A stretch of 64,000 bases of DNA from NCBI RefSeq assembly GCF_046119375.1, contig NW_027362767.1, forward strand, positions 425,754,001-425,818,000, written 5' to 3'. The position numbers and the translations under genes are program-made. The notes below the pieces were generated by a model. The model was not told the DNA's origin and made no database searches. It saw nothing but the letters and a program-made list of their open reading frames with translations. The number at the start of each line of letters is the position of its first letter. Within the stretch, counting starts at the first letter, position 1. Shown here piece by piece: positions 63,560 to 64,000 of this stretch. The DNA comes from Phyllobates terribilis (taxonomy: Eukaryota).

Positions 63560-64000
63560 GTAATGATGGCCACTCGTTTTTCTTTACTTAGCTGCTTTTT
63601 TCTTGCCATAATACAAATTCTAACAGTCTATTCAGTAGGACTATCAGCTGTGTATCCACCAGACTTCTGCACAACACAACTGATGGTCCCAACCCCATTT
63701 ATAAGGCAAGAAATCCCACTTATTAAACCTGACAGGGCACACCTGTGAAGTGAAAACCATTTCCAGTGACTACCTCTTGAAGCTCATCAAGAGAATGCCA
63801 AGAGAGTGCAAAGCAGTCATCAAAGCAAAAGGTGGCTACTTTGAAGAACCTAGAATATAAGACATATTTTCAGCTGTTTCACACTTTTTTGTTAAGTATA
63901 TAATTCCACATGTGGTAATTCATAGTTTTGATGCCTTCAGTGTGAATGTACAATTTTCATAGTCATGAAAATACAGAAAAATCTATAAATGAGAAGGTGT

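Larger units (their letters stand above)
56964..63609 (-). pseudogene. Tc1-like DD38E transposase pseudogene (MARKKQLSKEKRVAIIT | LRNEGQSVRK..SDESKF..QDIDPKH..PDLNPIE..EEPRI*)
   Basis: Split by the 5.6-kb LTR insertion at codon ~17. In-frame stops at 57498-57500 and 57045-57047. 38 residues lie between the second catalytic D and the E. Confidence 0.9.
56801..64000 (-). mobile_element. Tc1/mariner DD38E (Intruder-type) transposon interrupted by an LTR element; right TIR cut by the window end
   Basis: TA|CAGTACAGACCAAAAGTTTGGACAC left end. A ~270-bp TIR is repeated in reverse at ~63755-64000. Transposase fragments lie between the TIRs. Confidence 0.92.

Noticed and set aside
63331-63609. 92-aa Tc1-LTR chimeric ORF (MARKKQLSKEKRVAIIT-VTYLAASL..)
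   Set aside because: A by-product of the insertion point falling in the open U3 frame; no sign of function.

Overview
Vertebrate genomic DNA. The repeat landscape is typical of a frog (inference; the species cannot be fixed from sequence). Two intron-containing host genes lie tail-to-tail. egfl8 (+) has 8 coding exons at 1563-17938 (283 aa). agpat1 (-) has 6 coding exons at 37320-28444 (273 aa). This is the same pair found in the mammalian MHC class III region. Almost everything else is repeat. (1) A 6.5-kb non-autonomous Helitron filled by a ~6.1-kb GAGCGT satellite with an internal foldback inversion, in the last egfl8 intron. (2) A V-SINE inside a tandem array of CTCF-consensus motifs. (3) A truncated, frameshifted L2 LINE inside a 24-bp satellite. 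(4) A full-length TTAA-flanked piggyBac with an uninterrupted 605-aa transposase, in sense orientation in the last agpat1 intron. (5) Many MITEs and minisatellites. (6) A dead DD38E Tc1-like element interrupted by a very young LTR element. The LTR element is the most unusual object. It has two 1799-bp LTRs with only two differences seen, a 5-bp TSD, a polypurine tract and no pol. Instead of a tRNA primer site it has a Tf1/sushi-type self-priming signature. Its single intact 691-aa ORF fuses a sushi/RTL-like Gag N-terminal domain to six 57-aa acidic tandem repeats of unknown function. No rRNA, tRNA gene or CRISPR array is supported.
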